NCBI GenBank assembly: GCA_951406725.2
Contig: OX597826.1
Coordinates: forward strand, 34,410,001 to 34,474,000
DNA: 64,000 bases
Direction: 5' to 3'
From: Octopus vulgaris
Taxonomy: Eukaryota
Part shown: piece after piece, positions 57,416 to 64,000 of the stretch
Layout: the number at the start of each line of letters is the position of its first letter
How positions within the stretch are numbered: the first letter of the stretch is position 1
Made by a program: the position numbers and the translations under genes
Notes under the pieces: generated by a model
Seen by the model: only the letters and a program-made list of their open reading frames with translations
Databases searched by the model: none
Told to the model about the DNA's origin: nothing

Positions 57416-60204
57416 GTATATAAATATATATAGCATTAGAAAAAGACCGTTTTCATCAAGTGAATACATGAACCACAACATTATGCATCTTCATGATTAT
57501 ATGATCCTTGCAGGTCATATATATGTATGTGTGTGTATATATATATATATATATATAACTCATTCGACTGAAAATGCATTTACTTTCGTTCACGAGAAAA
57601 GCATATTACACCAGGTAAAATATGCACAGAGATTATTGCAGAATCACAGGAGGTGTTGAAAGCAAGAGATGGTCAGTTACACAACATATACTCTTAAGGT
57701 ATAAACGACTGAGTCTTTGCGACCATAACGCAAACTCTTTGAATGAATCAGTGCAACACCGTGTGACATGGCTGTACCTTCAAATTAGATCTATGATCAA
57801 GTTAGAAAGGTAAAAACAGTCGAAGTCGATAAATAATTCCTATTTCATTTAATGATTTGTATTTCAGAAAAGATCTGAAATACAAATTTGGCATAGGTGC
57901 TATGTGAAAACCCACAAGGCAACAGTCCGAGATGGATACTAGAGGGCATTCTATTCGATGCTCTAATATTTCTAATAATTCGTTGCCTTCAAGTGTAAAT
58001 GTTTGATTATATACAAACTGATGTACCATGTATGATTAATTCGAATGCCATTTCTTCCTCAATATTCAGCTAGCTCCATCCTTGCTACAAGTTATCACAA
58101 GTTAGGCAAGTCGTTATCCTTCAATATCAATTAAATTATCAACACTATTACAACATAATTGATATGCTGAAACATCTAATTATCTTTGTCATATATTCGG
58201 CAGTTTTGAAATTTCCACTATAATAATCTGTGTCTCTAGAAAGAGAATTCATCATCAAATGTATTGTATAGCGGGTCAAATGCAGAAAGGTCCTTAATCT
58301 TGGACGGCGTAGATAAACATTCTAATTAAAATGGAATTTATTTTCAGAAGTTTTGCCTAACTGATTCCTTAGAAAAACTGTTAAAATTTCGGGTGGCTAC
58401 GATATTTATGTTAGTAGAAACAACATTTATTTTCGGGTAGTTGGGATAACTGGATCGGTTATCCTCGCCTGATTTATAAGAATCTATCAATCAGGATAGA
58501 CAGTATTAACTTGTGGGTGGTTTACATACCCGAATCAGTTTAATGCGTATAAATGTTGCATAGTCTGGAGAGTTGAATCTGTAGAGACAGTTCATACGGG
58601 TGGTTCAGACCACCCATTTAGTACAAAGATTATAAATTTTGGATGACCTACAAAGTTGATTAGATTAAGATGATCTCGGTTCATGACTCAATAAAGATAA
58701 TAGATTGCATCAAGAAGTTTAAATAGTAGAAACTGTTTACTTTAGGTTGGCCTAGAAAGTTCAGTCAGTAATGAAAATATGTACTTACAGGTAGCTTAAG
58801 GAGCCGCTTCATTAATTAGGATTTTAACAGCCACGTGTTTTAGAAAGCTAGCTGCTTCATTATAAATGCTATATTTGTTACCCGACTATCTTATTCCAAA
58901 ATGTCCTTACAATCTATTTGATCTTCTTAATCACTCAGGCCAATAAGATAAACCTGAATTACATGAAATCAGTCACAATCAAACACTTCAAAGCGAAGTT
59001 AATTTTCCTAAGTAGCGTATAGTAGTCACTGTTAATTCGTTATATTTTAATGTAATACATATTCTTAATATTCTTTACTGCAGTCTCAAGAATAGATCTA
59101 GTGTGGATTTATTTTCCAAAGAACAGTTACTCTAACAAAAAATAACATTTTCTATATGATGTACAGCAGATGGCAGAAATAAGAAAGGTAACTTTAAACA
59201 GCACAGATTATCTTTTGTGGTGCTCTAACATTAAAAGACTCACTGAAAATATACATTTTGATGTACACACAGACACGCACACCAAAAACACATGCTATAC
59301 ACATACACATACTCAAACACTCACAAACACACATACGTATATTTTATGCTGGCTGCTATTCTCCATTAGCATACCATTCTTTTAGGTTTATAAATAAGTA
59401 GCTTACACTAATTTCTGCCTTGCTGAAATTGTATATTCACTTAGATAATGTATTATCTCTTAGGGTTTTCTTCATATTTTATTACTTGCGAATTGTTCTA
59501 AAGAAAATATAAAAATATTTTCTCAAGATACAGAAACTCATATTGAATTTAGTTACCGTCATTAAATGTGGAGAGCAATGTCTTACAGGAATATTATAAC
59601 ATTTGAATTGATGTAAAGAAAGTTACAAATGTTTAAGTCGTTTGCTGGAATCTTTCGTTCACATACCACTACCTAGACTGAGGTGTCTCCATAAAACAAA
59701 TCCACTTAGCTGAAAATATGTGTCATAATTCACTTTATCGACCATTTCATTGATATTAGGATAGCTTACAGAGAGATAAATAGGCTCCGGTATATCGATC
59801 GCACGAAGACAAAATTACGCCACATGAAGATAAAATTGGTAAGGCACCTCTACAACTGAATGAGTTAAAGAATTCATCAAGTGTAAATACAAGCATCGGC
59901 AAACAGTAACTACACGCATCGAAAATATTTCTATTTACTCTATCCCAAACAATATATCTCTACCAGAGTCCATTTGTTTACGTCGTTCCACGCCGCACAT
60001 ATAAGATTTGTTGTTTGCTTAAACAAATGATTTAACCTTTCTACACGAATGCAAAAAAAGGAATTTAATTTGTCAAATTCATTTCAGTTTCCTTGCAAAT
60101 TCAGCTGCTCTTTACTCTTTTTTAATTAGCGCGGCACATATGTATTTCGCCACAGATACAATTTCTTATTAATGACACGGTTATGTTTCATAATTTACTT
60201 TTGG

Positions 60205-60300
60205 TTACTGTATCAGCTCTTCTACAAAAGCTTTCAAATTCAGCACAATCCTGACTGAAATCGAAGCTACTTTGTAATAATAATAATAACAACAATAATA

Positions 60301-60349
<49 letters not shown>

Positions 60350-60515
60350 TGGAATAAAAATAGAGGTAACTAGAATGTGGAATCTGAAAACAGAAACAAT
60401 TCCTATCATAGTAGGTGCATTACTGTATCAGCTCTTCTACAAAAGCTTTCAAATTCAGCACAATCCTGACTGAAATCGAAGCTACTTTGTAATAATAATA
60501 ATAACAACAATAATA

Positions 60516-60591
<76 letters not shown>

Positions 60592-60603
60592 GTAATAATA
60601 ATA
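60205..60603 (+). repeat. Direct duplication (~70 bp unique plus AAT tract) bracketing a LINE scrap
   Basis: TTACTGTATCAGCTC...GCTACTTTGTAATAATAATAATAACAACAATAATAAATAAT.. is identical at 60205 and 60420. Confidence 0.92.
60349..60422 (+). mobile_element. ~70-bp internal fragment of the R4/Dong-like family
   Basis: IEVTRMWNLKTETIPIIVGAL; close match to 12411-12473 (IEVTRMRRLKTETIPIITGAL). Confidence 0.82.
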
Positions 60604-61597
60604 CTTTATAATTATTATTATTGTTGTTGTTGTTGTTCTTCTTCTTCTTCTTCTTCTTCTCCTTCTTCTTCTTCTTCTTCTTCTTATTATTATCTTTTAA
60701 ACGGGTATAGATTGTGCTTAAAACCACTAAGAAACCGGGTATAGAATGTACTTAAAACTACTAAGAAACCGGCAGAGAACACAAAATATTTTATCCGGAA
60801 GATGGAGGTTTACAAATTAACTTATCAAAATGTCATTATTATTATTATCATGGGACATAAGATATTTTAGTTTGAGACACGTTGGTTGTTTTAGCATCGA
60901 GTAAGTTGGTTACACTTTAATGAGTGTATGGTAAATAATCATAAGCGTGTAGGAAAAGTTTTTAACATTTTAAGTGGCTTTTAGAACTCCTCGTAATTTC
61001 TCATGAGAATACGTTTAAATTATAATGACATTAGATATTATATCATAATTAGGGATCATTTACTGAGGGATTTGCAGATGAAAAGATGTATCAATGAAAT
61101 GTAAATGTTTTCAAACACTAACATCTCGAGAGTATTAAAAAACGCGATATAAAATAAATTATTTTGTAAATACTTGATTCTCTCCTGCGTCCCCCCACCT
61201 ACATCCTCCGATCGCTATCATAAAATCCATGATTATTTTAAATTCATTTTAATTCTTATATTTTTTTTTATATGATAATTTAAAAACCGTTATAATCACT
61301 CTCCCCCGAGTAGTTCTTTAATGTTAATCGATTTCAAATTATTAATTTTGTTTTCTCAATAGTCATATATTGCATTTAAGACATCCTGGAATGAGAACGG
61401 TTTTCGATTTCTTAATCTATTTAGGGTGGAATATCCTGTTTCTTTTAGTGATGATAAAACTGATTAATATTCTCTGCTGGAGTTTGTCTTACTACTGCAT
61501 ATATTGAATGGATTTTGTCTTTATTTTCAATGACCACAATACCACAATCTGGTTATCTCTACTTTGAGGTCGCGATATTTGGAAATTTTATCCATTT

Positions 61598-61813
61598 CTT
61601 TCAGAAATATTGTTATATTTCGGAATGGTCATATTGCCAGTTTAGCCAATAAAAACACACGCACTATATATTTGGTGTTATTTTGCTTCAGTGATATTTA
61701 TTTTTTACATTAATCTTAATGACCATTCCGAAATATAACAATATCTGTTTCAACACACGACTTCACATAAAAAATCTTGCACAACAAATATTTAAACGTA
61801 CTTTCAGAAATAT
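61598..61813. mobile_element. TSD-bounded insertion with internal inversion
   Basis: 13-bp direct repeat CTTTCAGAAATAT at 61598-61610 and 61801-61813; perfect 26-bp inverted repeat 61607-61632/61719-61744. Confidence 0.7.
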
Positions 61814-62187
61814 ATTGTAGTTAACTAGAAATAATACATCGATTAGAATGTAAATTACAGAATCCATTCAGATCTTTTTAGTATAAATTAGTATTTTACA
61901 GAGTATATAGGAAATATAACTGCTTTGAATAAAGGAGCGATTTCTGGTGAAAAATATGTTATATTTGTTACTCGATAAACGGAGAAGGAATATCGAGGTA
62001 ATCTGACAAATGATTATAATTTTGCCACTGGAGACTCTGTCTGCAAGCATCGTAAACAACAGCTGCTAGAGAGAGGCCAGCTTTGTGGAAGTCACATACT
62101 CAGAAACAGGTTAAATACACAGCTCTGAAAGTTAACGCTTCGTTTCGTATGTTTATATATATATATATGATGGACCGCTGAAGACTA

Positions 62188-62268
62188 CGTGTTTTTTTTT
62201 CATTCTCGCTCTGTTTATTTCCTCTTATTCTTTTCTCTTTTAAGAGCGTAGGCTCGAAACGTAAAAGT
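62188..62268 (+). mobile_element. Fragment of the 8570-type element (hammerhead 3' part only)
   Basis: AAGAGCGTAGGCTCGAAACGTAAAA is the exact reverse complement of 8663-8687. Confidence 0.65.
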
Positions 62269-62483
62269 TATGAGGCAACACATTCGGTGGGGTATTAAAC
62301 TGTAATTATACCTTTTTCACTGAAAGTTACCGTTAACTTCCGTTACATTTTCAAAGAATTAACAGATTATTTGATGAACGAAGTTAACTTTTCGATTAAC
62401 GGTGCTCACCTGTGTATATATGTGTATATGTATGTGTATATGTGTATATGTGTGCGTGCGTGTGTGTGTGTGTGTGTGTATTT

Positions 62484-62690
62484 GTGCGTTTGTGTTTGTC
62501 TCCCCACCATCTCTTGACAAGCAATGTTGGTGTGTTGAGTTCCCATTAACTTAGCGGTTCGGTAAAAGAAACCAATTAAATAAGTACTAAGTTTACAAAG
62601 ACTAAGTCCTGGGGTCGAACTGTTCGACTAAAGGCAGTGCTCCAGCATGGCGGCAGTCAAATTCCTGAAACAAATAAAGGAATAAAATAT
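62484..62690 (+). mobile_element. SINE family C, 3' part
   Basis: TTTGTCTCCCCACCATC..TTAGCGGTTCGG..AAGTCCTGGGGTCGA..GTGCTCCAGCATGG. Confidence 0.85.
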
Positions 62691-62741
62691 TAAAGAATAC
62701 ATCTATATAGATACATATAAACATTTATATACATATATATC

Positions 62742-62776
<35 letters not shown>

Positions 62777-62822
62777 AAACAAGTCAAAAATAGAAAATGC
62801 TAAAATAATTTTATAGTGAAAA

Positions 62823-62866
62823 TTTCAGTACCGGTTTCGGTCATTTTGAGACCTTTTCAACTGAAA
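62823..62866 (-). ncRNA. Minimal type I hammerhead with U3-A8 compensatory core
   Basis: TTTCAG-TTGAAAA-GGTC(TCAAAAT)GACC-GAAA-CCGG-TA-CTGAAA: perfect 6-bp helix I, 4-bp helix II, palindromic helix III ACCGGT, GUA site. Confidence 0.8.
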
Positions 62867-63217
62867 CAATTAAATAATTAAATTTAGAAAAATTAGAAGA
62901 AAAGTTTTTTTAAAGGAATATTTCTATAGTAGTGTTCAGATATAAGTGGCATTCTGCCTTTCTCTGACTCCCTTGTTTGCACTTGTGTGTTGGAGGTCGT
63001 TGTGAGTTCTTGGTAGGGTAGAAGAAGAAGAAGGCTGATGAGGAGAGGGGTGGGAGAATCTGGGAGTGCCCTGATGGTCGTATTTTGAATGGTCAGTGGC
63101 GGCTAGTAGTCGCAGTTCAATTCAGGAGAATATTTCTATTGAAAGGCTTGTTTATGGAATTTGCGTAGGTGTTATACTAAAAAACATTAGTGACAAGGTT
63201 AAGGGGTAGAAGGTGAA

Positions 63218-63472
63218 GTAGAAGAAGAAGAAGAAGAAGAAGAAGAAGAAGAAGAAGAAGAAGAAGAAGAAGAAGAAGAAGAAGAAGGGGAAGAAGAAGG
63301 TGACGATGTTGATGATGATGATGATGAAGAAGAAGAAGAAGAAGAAGAAGAAGAAGAAGAAGAAGAAGGAGAAGGAGAAGATGATGATGATGATGATGAT
63401 GGTGGTGATGATGATGACGACGATGATGATGATAATGATGATGATGATGAAGAAGAAGAGGAAGAAGAAGAA
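63218..63472. repeat. (GAA)n/(GAT)n microsatellite inside the PLE 3' region
   Basis: Directly visible; explains the poly-S and poly-K/M ORFs. Confidence 0.95.
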
Positions 63473-63722
63473 AAAAAACAGAGAAGAGAGAATATGAATG
63501 GGTGAAAGTAGTGAGGTGTTGTATGACTTGAAGTAGGCATGTTATGGAGTATAGCTGTGATGGGGCTGATTAGTAATGGATTCTATGGAATGTAATATGT
63601 GTGTGTGTATATTTCTGTTATTCTAAATTTGAGGTATATTAATTGTTTGTCGTAGACCCGTTAAGAAGTGGCCTGTATTTTGTAATAAAGAGGTTTTCTT
63701 TACTTATTCGTTGTCTCGAGGT

Positions 63723-63764
<42 letters not shown>

Positions 63765-64000
63765 CACGCACATACGCAGATTATGAGTGCGTGTATATAT
63801 CTATCTATCTAATATTCTTCCCTTTTTCTTTGTATATATATACATATATATATATATGTGTGTGTGTATACAGGTAAAACGTGCGCACATAACGACCCAC
63901 GATCTTAATAAATATAGAAAGAAAACACCCTAATAAACACATTTATGTATACCTACACTTCCTGCAACAGTTATACACATTGCTCTACTACACATACGCA

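Larger units (their letters stand above)
62773..63724 (-). mobile_element. 5'-truncated Penelope-like element 3' end in (TA)n
   Basis: Minus 63722-63639 encodes TSRQRISKENLFITKYRPLLNGSTTNN* (GIY-YIG C-terminal R..KE..FI....P.LN), then a UTR/pLTR with a hammerhead; (TA)n on both ends. Confidence 0.8.

Noticed and set aside
60700-60772. 34-bp tandem duplication
   Set aside because: Real but an ordinary local duplication with no further structure.
63199-63540. Poly-Ser and poly-Lys/Met ORFs
   Set aside because: Translations of the (GAA)/(GAT) microsatellite within the PLE 3' region.

Overview
AT-rich, microsatellite-dense eukaryotic DNA that looks intergenic or intronic. The SINE and microsatellite repertoire resembles an octopus (coleoid cephalopod) genome; this is recognition from memory, not a database result. 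I cannot support any intact host protein-coding gene, tRNA, rRNA or CRISPR array. Almost all listed ORFs are translations of (TA)n/(AAT)n/(CA)n tracts. What is supportable is a layered set of mobile-element relics: (i) three tRNA-derived SINE families, several with target-site duplications (TSDs); (ii) five fragments of R4/Dong-like restriction-like-endonuclease (RLE) LINEs abutting (AAT)/(GAT) microsatellites; (iii) an RTE LINE 3' end and a mariner 3' end; (iv) many Penelope-like element (PLE) pseudo-LTR remnants in (TA)n tracts, several with inverted duplications. The most interesting signal is a set of about ten type I hammerhead ribozyme (HHR) motifs carried by those PLE-like remnants. They include a canonical one (1982-2043, minus), a fully paired U3-A8 compensatory variant (62823-62866, minus) and recurrent CCGANGA (U4C) variants. 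Other oddities are a 13 x 19-bp GC-rich minisatellite built from a SINE 5' end inside its TSDs, a LINE scrap inside a ~140-bp duplication, and a TSD-bounded inverted insertion. Coordinates were read by hand; ends of degenerate elements are approximate.
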